A DNA stretch of 48,133 nucleotides from Bacillota bacterium (GTDB lineage: Bacteria > Bacillota > Clostridia > Oscillospirales > Oscillospiraceae). The translations under genes were made by a program, and so were the position numbers. The stretch's first letter is position 1; each line of letters opens with the position of its first letter. The notes under the pieces are model-generated. The model was given only the letters and a program-made list of their open reading frames with translations, made no database searches and was not told the DNA's origin. This document shows, piece after piece, positions 37,016-44,878 of the stretch. The stretch spans positions 1 through 48,133 of the forward strand of contig JAQYBZ010000017.1 of assembly GCA_029003235.1 (NCBI GenBank), written 5' to 3'.

Positions 37016-37558
37016 ATGCTGCAAAGGTTAAAAAACAGGGAATTTGACTTGGTCTATCCCATTATGGAGGACAGTTTTCCGGTCAATGAACGCAGGACTT
37101 ATGAGGAGCAGAAGGCGCTGTTAAAGAACGCCGCCTACGCCATCTATGTGCTAAAAGACGGGGAAAATGACACCGTCAAGGGCTTTATGGCGCTTTGGGA
37201 ATTGGAACGGCTGGTGTTTTTGGAGCATTTTGCCGTAGCGCCCGGCTGCCGCAACGGCGGACTGGGGGCGAAAATGCTGGCGCAGGCGCAGCACCTGCTG
37301 CAAAAGCCCTTTTGTCTGGAGGTGGAGCTGCCGGAAACGGTGCTGGCTGCCAGACGCATTGCATTTTACGAGCGCAACGGCTTTTTCCTCAATGACTTTC
37401 CCTATATTCAGCCGCCCCTGTCCAATGGACGCGATCCTGTCCCCCTGAGGGTCATGACCTCCGGCCGCGCGGTCAGCCGGGAGGAATTTGAAAGAATCAA
37501 AGCGCTTCTGTACACCCGGGTGTACGGCCAGCCCGCAAGCCGGACGGATGAAAAATGA
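37016..37558 (+). CDS. GNAT-family N-acetyltransferase
   Basis: The ATG at 37016 (or 37013) follows GAGGAG. It has the acetyl-CoA motif VAPGCRNGGLGAKML and YERNGF. An extended -10 TGgTATACT lies upstream at about 36954-36962. Confidence 0.85.
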   Translation: MLQRLKNREFDLVYPIMEDSFPVNERRTYEEQKALLKNAAYAIYVLKDGENDTVKGFMALWELERLVFLEHFAVAPGCRNGGLGAKMLAQAQHLLQKPFCLEVELPETVLAARRIAFYERNGFFLNDFPYIQPPLSNGRDPVPLRVMTSGRAVSREEFERIKALLYTRVYGQPASRTDEK

Positions 37559-37718
37559 CCGGCACAGCTTGCAGCGCCTACCTTGACTTTGGCTGTCAAT
37601 GATGGTTCTTCACAGACAGCAAACACAGGCAGGCGCTGTTATGCGATCCATGGAGGGGGCATCACTGTTTCGGTGTTGGCAAAGCACCGGAAGGCAGAAG
37701 AAGAACGGATGATATGTC

Positions 37719-37750
37719 AAAAACGGGCCGCTGTTTGGCAGCCCGTTTTT
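37719..37750. terminator. Bidirectional terminator between GNAT and the ECF operon
   Basis: AAAAACGGGC (37719-37728) pairs perfectly with GCCCGTTTTT (37741-37750), so A and U tracts are available in both orientations. Confidence 0.7.
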
Positions 37751-37807
37751 CGTAGCGACGGTTGAGGAATATACGCCTGGAGAGTAACTGACGCTTATGC
37801 CGGTTTT

Positions 37808-38653
37808 TTACTGGGTGAACTCGATTTTCATTATGCTTCCGTCTGTTACATTGACGTTTACCCAATAAGTTACGGTGTACTGCTCTTTTTCACTATAGGC
37901 GGCCAGTTCCACTTTATAGAATTGATCGTTACCCAGCGCCTCCAGAGCACAGCTTGACGGGGCATCCAGCAGTGCGTAATCTGTCCCGGCAATTTTTCCC
38001 TCCACAGCGCTGACTGCGGCCAGATATGCTTCGTCTGCGGTTACTTTTATTGGCGCCTTTCGCACGACTGTTTGCTGGCCAGTCGGAGCGAAAACGCTAC
38101 CCTTGGTAATGACGGCGTAGACGACGGTTCCATCTTGCATACACTCCAGTGCGACCTGACTTCCAGTCTGCATTTGTTCGTATGTCTCTGTAAATACATA
38201 ATTGCAGTGCCCAGCGAAAGCGTTTCTGGCGGTCATTTCCATCTGACCAATTTGGTATAAAGCAATACATTGCTCTGCAAATTCCTTCATTGCGGCGTCA
38301 AGCTGTGCTTCGGCCATGGCCGGACGCTGAGACGCCCTGTCATAATCCGCGTCGGAAATGCAACTGTTGACTTCGATTAAAACGCCGATGCTGTCAAAAT
38401 AGTAGTCCCGATCGGTTAGATTACTGTGATAGGACGCATATTCTGCGTCGGCATAGGGAACAGAGACTTGACCGGTATATACTGCATCGGAATCTGAAAA
38501 GCAGGCAAGCTGGGCAGCTATGGCTTCTTCCGGTGCTGTGTCTTTTGCGCAGATCTGAATGGCCAGGGGGGCAGCGACGGCGCAGATACACAAAACAACG
38601 GCCAGAAGGAGCCCAGCGGCACCATAGGAGCGATTACTGTTAAACATTTTCAT
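37808..38653 (-). CDS. Membrane-anchored hypothetical protein with a PepSY-like C-terminal domain
   Basis: An N-terminal anchor (AAGLLLAVVLCICAVAAPLAI) and a C-terminal VTADEAYLAAVSAVEG...YKVELAA...YWVNVNVTDGSIMKIE that resembles PepSY. It is the last gene of the ECF sigma operon. Confidence 0.6.
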   Translation of the reverse strand: MKMFNSNRSYGAAGLLLAVVLCICAVAAPLAIQICAKDTAPEEAIAAQLACFSDSDAVYTGQVSVPYADAEYASYHSNLTDRDYYFDSIGVLIEVNSCISDADYDRASQRPAMAEAQLDAAMKEFAEQCIALYQIGQMEMTARNAFAGHCNYVFTETYEQMQTGSQVALECMQDGTVVYAVITKGSVFAPTGQQTVVRKAPIKVTADEAYLAAVSAVEGKIAGTDYALLDAPSSCALEALGNDQFYKVELAAYSEKEQYTVTYWVNVNVTDGSIMKIEFTQ

Positions 38654-38682
38654 ACCCTCCTAATAGAATCTGGTATCCCAAA

Positions 38683-39843
38683 TCAGGAAAAGCTTCCATA
38701 AAAAACAATGGCATCTGACCCGGCATAAGACCCGTAGGATTCGAGCAATTCCTGACGAGCCCTCCGTATTGCAACACCGATACTGCATCCGGTTGACAAA
38801 TGGTAAAAAAAGCGAAGGTTAAAAAAGTGTATTCCATCGTTGCTTGAGGATGCGGTAATTGTGTTTTTGAATCCTACAGCGGACGCTGCTCCACCTGTAT
38901 TATATAGCGCTGGAACAAACTCATTACCAGAATTACATGCAGAAACATAAACGAGCTGTAACTGTGTTAGAGAATCTTTTGCAATGGAAGTTGACTGTAG
39001 GTTGCCGTCGGCTAGAACCAAATAACTGTTCGCACCATGAGAGTGGGAGAACAGAACCTTTGAGTTCCGAAGCGCGAACTGCATTTCACGCCTTGTAAGG
39101 TCATACCCTGTGCAACTGGGGTAATTCATTGCGCTAATAATCTCTGAAATTTGTGCTGCTGTTCCGACTGACAAACTGCGCATAGAATACGCTTTTCCGG
39201 AACCGTCGACTTTGCTAAGATACTGGTATAGGAATAGGGCACATGACTGTCGGCTTGTGCCTGTGCATGGAAAAAAAGTAGTTGTGCTATTTTTGATAAT
39301 GCCGCAGTTAAGAGCCCAATTAACTGCTGGTTTTGCATAAGTGCTAATACTTGAATAGTCGCTCAAATTATTTGCATAACTGGAGCTGATCAATGAGAAA
39401 GAGACACCTTTGTAGGCTGTTGCGTATCGGTATAACAAAGAAATCGTCTGCTCTCGTGTTAGAATATCCAAGGGGGCAAAAGATGTTGTGCTAACGCCGT
39501 AGACTACGTTATAATACTGAGCCCAACCAACAGCATAGTAATAATATGAACCAGTTGGCACATCAGTAAAGCCTGTTGGTGCACGTTTCATTGATGATCC
39601 CGACATCCGATACAGAAGAGTTACCATCATTGCGCGGTTTAGGGTAGCTGTAGGGGAAAAGGTTGTCGGACTTGTTCCATAGATGATTCCGCGACTGTAG
39701 CAGTATTCTATTGCCTCATAGTATTCACTCTCTTCGGAAACATCTGTGAATGGAAAAGAATTCGCGGATACCGGGCTAACTATTGATACCAGGACAGAGA
39801 TGACCAAAACGGAACATGCGAGCATCTTCGTTACTTTTTTCAT
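38683..39843 (-). CDS. Secreted protein with three SLH domains and a C-terminal caspase-fold (CHAT-like) His-Cys domain
   Basis: ATG at 39843 follows AGGAGGGAGG. The signal peptide is MKKVTKMLACSVLVISVLVSIVSPVSA. There are three SLH repeats (FTDV...YYEAIEYCYSRGIIYG, FTDVPTGSYYYYAVGWA, LSDYSSISTYAKPAVNWA). The C-terminus LFSHSHGANSYLVLADGNL...LQLVYVSACNSGN...GAASAVGF has the HG...AC dyad spacing of CHAT/clan-CD peptidases. Confidence 0.7.
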   Translation of the reverse strand: MKKVTKMLACSVLVISVLVSIVSPVSANSFPFTDVSEESEYYEAIEYCYSRGIIYGTSPTTFSPTATLNRAMMVTLLYRMSGSSMKRAPTGFTDVPTGSYYYYAVGWAQYYNVVYGVSTTSFAPLDILTREQTISLLYRYATAYKGVSFSLISSSYANNLSDYSSISTYAKPAVNWALNCGIIKNSTTTFFPCTGTSRQSCALFLYQYLSKVDGSGKAYSMRSLSVGTAAQISEIISAMNYPSCTGYDLTRREMQFALRNSKVLFSHSHGANSYLVLADGNLQSTSIAKDSLTQLQLVYVSACNSGNEFVPALYNTGGAASAVGFKNTITASSSNDGIHFFNLRFFYHLSTGCSIGVAIRRARQELLESYGSYAGSDAIVFYGSFS

Positions 39844-39918
39844 GGCTGTTTCCTCCCTCCTATTTTGCGTGAAAACCAAGGTGCTTGGATTCGTTCCCGG
39901 CAATCTACTGGCTCTGCC

Positions 39919-40629
39919 TTATTCGTCTCTTGTCCGAATACCCGACGCGATTTGGAGAGCTTGCTGGATATCTCCCTGAACGGACATATGAAGAATATAC
40001 TTGTTGGAAGCCCACCAGATGTCATAACCCTCTGCTGCAGTATCGACATAACCAACAGATTCGTAAATCTCTGCCATCTGCACACTGTCGGCTTCGTCCC
40101 CGGCGCGCTCCCGCAGGGTGTAAAAATCCGCTGCCTCCGGCGCACTGTAGAGCATTTGCGTAATGTCAATCAAAGTTCCGTCACTGCCCTGTAAATGATA
40201 GTGTATCTGCTTCTCATTCTCGTCGGTTTCTGTTTGATAGCTGTCCGGCAGATATTGAAACTCGGCGGGGTATACAATCAGGTTTTCACTGCTGCCTGAT
40301 TCAACACCGGTTTCCGATGGCGTTTGCACGGAGGCACTGGTTTCTTTTGCACTGGTTTCAGCCGCCGACGAGGCAACGGAAGAAGTCGTTTGCTGGCGCA
40401 GCGTGTATGCGGCAACGCCGGAGAGCGCAATGACGAGGGCAAACAGAGCGGCCAGTTTTGGCACCTTTGCGCTGATACCACGCCTTCTGCCTGCCGAAAG
40501 AGCAACCGATATTCTTCCGTCAAATCCTTCGGGGAAACGGTGTTGCTGTGTCGCTTGGGCCTCTATGGAGGCAATGTCCTGGTCATAGGCTGCACCGAGG
40601 ACAGTCCATACATAGTGTTCGTTATACAT
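39919..40629 (-). CDS. Putative anti-sigma factor (single-pass membrane protein, DUF4367-like extracytoplasmic domain)
   Basis: Its start overlaps the sigma gene stop (TAATG). The architecture is a cytoplasmic N-terminus, a TM helix (LAALFALVIALSGVAAY), a Ser/Thr-rich linker and a globular C-terminus. The assignment rests on context and architecture only. Confidence 0.6.
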   Translation of the reverse strand: MYNEHYVWTVLGAAYDQDIASIEAQATQQHRFPEGFDGRISVALSAGRRRGISAKVPKLAALFALVIALSGVAAYTLRQQTTSSVASSAAETSAKETSASVQTPSETGVESGSSENLIVYPAEFQYLPDSYQTETDENEKQIHYHLQGSDGTLIDITQMLYSAPEAADFYTLRERAGDEADSVQMAEIYESVGYVDTAAEGYDIWWASNKYILHMSVQGDIQQALQIASGIRTRDE

Positions 40630-41123
40630 TAGTCTTGCCTCTCAATCAGAACTCTCAATTTTTCTTTTCCACGGCTGATGAGCTTCTCGACTTTGCTGAC
40701 AGAGAAGCCCATGACCGACGCTGTCTCCTTTGCCGTCAGGCCGCAATAACAGGAAAGCAGTAATGCCGTGCGATTATCATGGGGCAGGCGCTGGAAGGAC
40801 AGCCGAATATTCAGCGCTTCCTCCCCGGCACTGTCGGGGGTGGTGCTGCCAACGGCTTCGTCCAGTGACAGCGCACACATATGCCGCTGCTTTCGCAGAT
40901 AGTCTATGGCCGTCCGCTCTGTGACGACGACAACAAACCGCTTCGCCTGCGCACTGACAGGGACTTGAACGCAGTGATAGTTTTGATAAACCTTGCATAA
41001 AGCCTCTGCGGTCACATCCTCTGCCCACGTCACATTGTTTAAGATTTTGAATGCGACATAGTACATCAGGTTTTTATATGCCAGATACGTTTTTTCAAAA
41101 TTGGACTGGGGACGCTCTGCCAT
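40629..41123 (-). CDS. ECF-type sigma-70 family RNA polymerase sigma factor
   Basis: It is 164 aa. Region 2 is (YVAFKILNNVTWAEDVTAEAL ... AIDYLRK) and the region 4 HTH is (LLLSCYCGLTAKETASVMGFSVSKVEKLISRGKEKL). Confidence 0.85.
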   Translation of the reverse strand: MAERPQSNFEKTYLAYKNLMYYVAFKILNNVTWAEDVTAEALCKVYQNYHCVQVPVSAQAKRFVVVVTERTAIDYLRKQRHMCALSLDEAVGSTTPDSAGEEALNIRLSFQRLPHDNRTALLLSCYCGLTAKETASVMGFSVSKVEKLISRGKEKLRVLIERQD

Positions 41124-41264
41124 GTTGCAGTAACACCTCCTGTTTCCTTTCTATCCATGTTAACGCAGAAAAACTGCAATTTCGGACACAGGTAATAGTT
41201 TTTTAATTCAGGAAAGGCAAGCCGGCTCTCCGCCACGCGAGGATCGGAGAATCATCCTGTTTTC

Positions 41265-41422
41265 TGATAAAATGGTTGGAACCCGTTTTATCAACTGCGG
41301 CGACGTGGTGGTTTGCAAATCCAGTGGAATTTGCGAACCGAGAATGTACAACAAATTTTCTCGCATGAAATGCGGGGGCGGCAGATACAAAAGCATCTGC
41401 TGATGATAAACGTTTTTATACG
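41265..41422 (-). repeat. Unclassified ~150-nt hairpin-rich element, copy B (sense orientation on the minus strand)
   Basis: Its reverse complement aligns with 36668-36817. The same three hairpins are retained, with base changes that keep pairing only in this orientation (for example GCAGATGC/GTATCTGC gives a G-U pair). Confidence 0.75.
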
Positions 41423-41482
41423 TTTTTATTAGACTTGGCATAAAATAGACTGATGGCAGAATTGTGTGGGAAATGCAAAGAC

Positions 41483-41521
41483 TCCCAGCCGCGCAACTTG
41501 GGGAAGGCGCGCGGCTGGGAG
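41483..41521 (-). terminator. Terminator hairpin after the transglutaminase-like lipoprotein gene
   Basis: CTCCCAGCCGCGC (41483-41495) pairs with GCGCGGCTGGGAG (41509-41521) as a 13-bp perfect stem. The minus-strand downstream tract is TCTTTGCATTT. Confidence 0.65.
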
Positions 41522-41586
41522 TTCTTTCTCTCTATCCCAACCATTGACACAGAACCATTTCCAAAAGAAAACCACGTTTTTCCGGG

Positions 41587-42681
41587 TTACTGATATTGTG
41601 TCAGATCGATGATTTCTGTTGTCCCGTCCTCTCTGGTCACTTCCATCTGATGATTTCCAATCAGATGATAATCAACGATGTCCCGCCAGGATGCAAATCT
41701 GGTATCTGTGCATTCGATTTCCAGGGCGCTGTCGATGCTGCAGGGCCAGTTGTCAACGATCCCTCTGTCAATGTTTTCCTCATCCGTCATACCAAAGTAT
41801 CGAAGCGAAACCCCGGTGCCTTCATCGTCCCAGGTTGGGTCAATGTGGAACGCCGCTCCATCGATCCATATCAGTGGCCACATGTGACTGGAATCCGAAT
41901 CCTGCATATCCGCACTTGCTCTTTCACATTCGATGCCCAGCTGCTGGAAAGCGAATTGGCAGAGATATGTATAGGTGTGGCATACGCCTTTGTTCGTCTG
42001 TAATGCCTGATAAATCACGATATCAGGGAATAGATACTTATCATCGGATGCATTTAATGCCTCCACCCAGTCGTAATCATAAGAGATGCGCTGAGCAAAA
42101 TACTTGTAAATAGCAAGAACCTTTTCCAAATCCGTCATGTCCTCTGTGATGGTTTCGTTGATCAGATTCAGGTATTCCTGATCAATATAATTCACCATCT
42201 GCGCACACTCTTCCGCAGAATAAGCATACTCAAAACGCATCCCCATGTGATCGGAGGTGAGTTGATAACTGGAAAGAATAAAGGTATACGGGCTTTCCTG
42301 AAGATAGCCAAGGATACACAGATTGTCATCGTAGCTATCTGTCAGCTGCACTTCTGATTCATGGGCAAAAATGGCATCCATGGCTTTTTTGTAGGCTTCC
42401 ATTTTCACGTCAGTAAGATAATACTTATCCGCAGGCGTCAGAACACAGCGATCAATCTCAGTGATCACCGGCTCCTTTGCGCCGGTATCCTCTGTAGCTG
42501 TTGTTTCCTTCGTTTCTGCGCGTGTGTCAACATCTGACGATGGGGTTTCTGCCTCTGATGAGGGCTCCAAATCAACGGATGATTGTGCCGTCGAATCCGT
42601 GACTGGCTGGTTCTTTACGCCACAGGCAGCAAAAGAAATCATCATAAGTGCGATGAACATAAATGCGATTCTTTTCTTCAT
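41587..42681 (-). CDS. Lipoprotein with a transglutaminase-like cysteine peptidase core
   Basis: The lipobox is MMISFAAC. The core GVCHTYTYLCQFAFQQLGIECERA...SSHMWPLIWIDGAAFHIDPTWD has Cys, His and Asp in the canonical TGase-like arrangement. Confidence 0.75.
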   Translation of the reverse strand: MKKRIAFMFIALMMISFAACGVKNQPVTDSTAQSSVDLEPSSEAETPSSDVDTRAETKETTATEDTGAKEPVITEIDRCVLTPADKYYLTDVKMEAYKKAMDAIFAHESEVQLTDSYDDNLCILGYLQESPYTFILSSYQLTSDHMGMRFEYAYSAEECAQMVNYIDQEYLNLINETITEDMTDLEKVLAIYKYFAQRISYDYDWVEALNASDDKYLFPDIVIYQALQTNKGVCHTYTYLCQFAFQQLGIECERASADMQDSDSSHMWPLIWIDGAAFHIDPTWDDEGTGVSLRYFGMTDEENIDRGIVDNWPCSIDSALEIECTDTRFASWRDIVDYHLIGNHQMEVTREDGTTEIIDLTQYQ

Positions 42682-42756
42682 ATACTCTCTCCTTTCTTAT
42701 AACAATATATCATGTTGCCTTTCCACATTCAAACTTTTCTCAGTAGGCGCTTCTAT

Positions 42757-42805
42757 CAAAAACTGGGCACCGACTTTGATACCCATCGTATCAAAATTGG
42801 TGCCC
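42757..42805 (-). terminator. Terminator downstream of tRNA-Val
   Basis: A 17-bp stem (42765-42781 with 42789-42805) contains two G-U pairs when read on the minus strand, and is followed by a minus-strand TTTTT run (A-run at 42757-42762 on plus). Confidence 0.65.
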
Positions 42806-42810
42806 AGCTA

Positions 42811-42886
42811 TGGTGGACGATGTAGGACTCGAACCTGCGACCTTCCGCACGTCAAGCGGATGCTCTACCAGCTGAGCTAATCGTCC
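42811..42886 (-). tRNA. tRNA-Val (anticodon GAC)
   Basis: It is a 76-nt cloverleaf: acceptor GGACGAT/ATCGTCC, D-arm GCTC-AGCTGGTA-GAGC, anticodon stem TCCGC/GCGGA with loop TTGACGT, T-loop TTCGAGT and an encoded CCA. There is one C-A mismatch in the T-stem. Confidence 0.88.
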
Positions 42887-42930
42887 AAGCGCTTCGTTAT
42901 TATATGGTAAAAACCGTCGTTTGTCAAGGC

Positions 42931-44001
42931 CTAATTTGCTTTTTTCAAACTTTCGTAGTGGGCAATGAGGTAGTCCACCACGGCGCCGTAGGACTGGACG
43001 CCCTCTTCTTCAGAAAACGCTTTCAAATAGGCGTCGTTGACCTTCTGGGCGGCCTCCTGCACGGAGCCGTCGTACTGCTCATAGTGGCGGTTGGCGCGGC
43101 CGCAGTCCTTGGCCAGCTCGTCTGAGGCCATGCCCCACAGAGCGGTGGCGGCGGAGGGGTCTGCCCGGTACAGGGCGTTATAGCAGTAGACAAAGGCCGA
43201 ATAATAGCCAGAATAGCGGAACTCCGGGCTGCTGTGATTCTCACAGGCCAGAAAGGCGCAGTAATTGGCGTCCTCCTCGGCGGCAACGGTCATACCGTGC
43301 GCCAGCTCATGGCACATGGTGAAGGGCAGATCGACGCCAAAGGAATCGGCGTTGACGCAGGGTTCGGCGGTAAAGGCAATATAGATGCCTGTCAGACCCA
43401 TGTAGCTGAACCCTTTGCCGGTCAAAAGGCGCTTGACCCGGGGCGCGGGTTCGGAAAAGAGAGGATAGGTGTCACTGATGGCCAGATAGCCCTCCCGCGC
43501 CTGAGACGACAGCGTGGAGAAATCCGACAGGATCACATTGCCGTCCGAATCCCGGGAAACCTGGGTGGAATACTGGCTGGCCATTTGCGTATAATAGGCG
43601 GCGGCCTGCTCCAGCTCACTCTGGCTGTACTCCGTCACGTTCATATCCAACTGCTCCGCCAGAGAGGGGCCGAAATGGTTCAGTCCCCACAGGGCGACGA
43701 ACAGAAAGACCAAAAAAGCCACGAGTTCGGCCAGCGTGGCAAGCCAGCACAGAAAATGGCGGCCCTTGATGCAGGTGATCAGATAGGCCACCATCCCCGC
43801 GATCAGCAGTCCCAGCAGGATTTCCCACAGGCTGAAAGGCAGAAGCCCAGTTACGCTGGAGATGGCGTGCAGCACCTTGGCGGAGACGCCGGGATAAAAG
43901 GAGAACCAGAAGTTGGGCGCAAAGACCGCCAGCGCGATCAAAAGCCCGGTCAGCACCACAAAGATGCCGGCGGAAATGAGTTTTCTGATGGTGCGGAACA
44001 T
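42931..44001 (-). CDS. DUF3810-family membrane protein (HExxH metalloprotease-like motif)
   Basis: N-terminal TM helices are followed by MCHELAHG and a conserved C-terminal NDAYLK...GVQSYG pattern seen in DUF3810 proteins. Confidence 0.8.
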   Translation of the reverse strand: MFRTIRKLISAGIFVVLTGLLIALAVFAPNFWFSFYPGVSAKVLHAISSVTGLLPFSLWEILLGLLIAGMVAYLITCIKGRHFLCWLATLAELVAFLVFLFVALWGLNHFGPSLAEQLDMNVTEYSQSELEQAAAYYTQMASQYSTQVSRDSDGNVILSDFSTLSSQAREGYLAISDTYPLFSEPAPRVKRLLTGKGFSYMGLTGIYIAFTAEPCVNADSFGVDLPFTMCHELAHGMTVAAEEDANYCAFLACENHSSPEFRYSGYYSAFVYCYNALYRADPSAATALWGMASDELAKDCGRANRHYEQYDGSVQEAAQKVNDAYLKAFSEEEGVQSYGAVVDYLIAHYESLKKAN

Positions 44002-44051
44002 GGCGCGCCTCCTTCAATCCAGCCTTTACCGCTATTATAGCACGCACGTCA

Positions 44052-44094
44052 AGAGACAAAGCACCGCTCCGGACACGCTGTCCCGGAGCGGTGC
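44052..44094 (-). terminator. Terminator after thiT
   Basis: GCACCGCTCCGG (44061-44072) pairs with CCGGAGCGGTGC (44083-44094) as a 12-bp perfect stem. The minus-strand downstream tract is TTTGTCTCTT. Confidence 0.65.
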
Positions 44095-44108
44095 AGAAAG
44101 CTCTGTGT

Positions 44109-44693
44109 TCAGGCAGTTTCTTTTGCGGCAGGCTGCAGATCAAGCCCCAGCATATATTTCTTCAGGGGGATATACATGGCGCCCAGCAGGACGATGCACA
44201 GAATCATATCCACGCCGATAAAGCTGCCGTTGTAGACGGCGGAATAGAGATAGGGGTTGGCTGTGGTCAGACCCAGCACCTCTGTGGGCGCAAGGATCCG
44301 CCACGCGGTGATGCCACTGATGAAATGAGAGGCAAAGCGCAGGGTGCAGCCCACCAGCGGGCCGAAAACAAAGCCCAGCTTCCTGCCGTGGAACAGACCG
44401 GCAAATCCGATCAGGGGGAAAGCCAGCAGATAGTCGAAGATGATGGACTGCCAGCCCCAGCCATAGGCGCCGTCGATCAGAAGCTGCAAAAGGGCGTAGC
44501 CGGTGCAGCACAGAATGCCCTTGCCCAAGCCCCAGCGAAGGCAGTAGAACAGCAGCGGCAGCATACCCAGATTGACCGAGCCTCCGTTGGGCAGGGGGAA
44601 CAGGCGAATGAGACTCAGCACGGTGGCCAGCGCCAGCATGACGGCGCCCTCGCACAGTGCCTGAATTTGCAGGTGATTTTTACGATGCTTCAT
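44109..44693 (-). CDS. thiT: ECF-transporter S component for thiamine (ThiT)
   Basis: A six-TM, 194-aa protein with LPNGGSV and GYALLQLL...GWGWQSIIFDYLLAF segments typical of ThiT. It lies directly behind a TPP riboswitch. Confidence 0.88.
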   Translation of the reverse strand: MKHRKNHLQIQALCEGAVMLALATVLSLIRLFPLPNGGSVNLGMLPLLFYCLRWGLGKGILCCTGYALLQLLIDGAYGWGWQSIIFDYLLAFPLIGFAGLFHGRKLGFVFGPLVGCTLRFASHFISGITAWRILAPTEVLGLTTANPYLYSAVYNGSFIGVDMILCIVLLGAMYIPLKKYMLGLDLQPAAKETA

Positions 44694-44711
44694 AGAAAAG
44701 ACCTCCCAAAC

Positions 44712-44870
44712 AAAAATCGCATTGCAAATCCGTAAGGATGCAATGCGACTCAGTCACTGTGCATCTTTCCCTACGACGGCATGACCCGTATCAGGTTCGC
44801 GGGTGAGAGCGCCATTCTCGCTCAATCTCAGCCGGGTCGACCCGGCACCCCGAAGAATGATTTGTTCTGC
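44712..44870 (-). promoter_or_regulatory. TPP (THI-box) riboswitch with a terminator expression platform
   Basis: The minus strand reads GGGGTGCCGGG...GCTGAGA...ACCCGCGAACCTGATACGGGTCATGCCGTCGTAGGGAA, which are the conserved TPP aptamer cores. It is followed by the hairpin TCGCATTGCA/TGCAATGCGA (44717-44748) and TTTTTG. Confidence 0.9.
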
Positions 44871-44878
44871 GTGGTTGT

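Noticed and set aside
36586-37047. The 153-aa ORF (and its partner 41208..41441, 77 aa) running through the repeated element, sharing LPPPHFM and LIKR.
   Set aside because: Amino-acid similarity is confined to the nucleotide-identical 13-mers, and between them the peptides are unrelated even though the DNA stays about 70% identical. There is no RBS. The conservation is therefore at the nucleic-acid level and not protein-coding.
37583-37765. A 60-aa TTG-initiated ORF downstream of GNAT.
   Set aside because: It has no RBS, runs through the terminator hairpin, and shows no recognisable features.
42811-42886. tRNA-Val as the attachment site of an intact integrative element.
   Set aside because: There is no integrase or recombinase ORF anywhere in 36.6-44 kb. 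I found no direct repeat of the tRNA 3' end at the distal edge of the lower-G+C tract.
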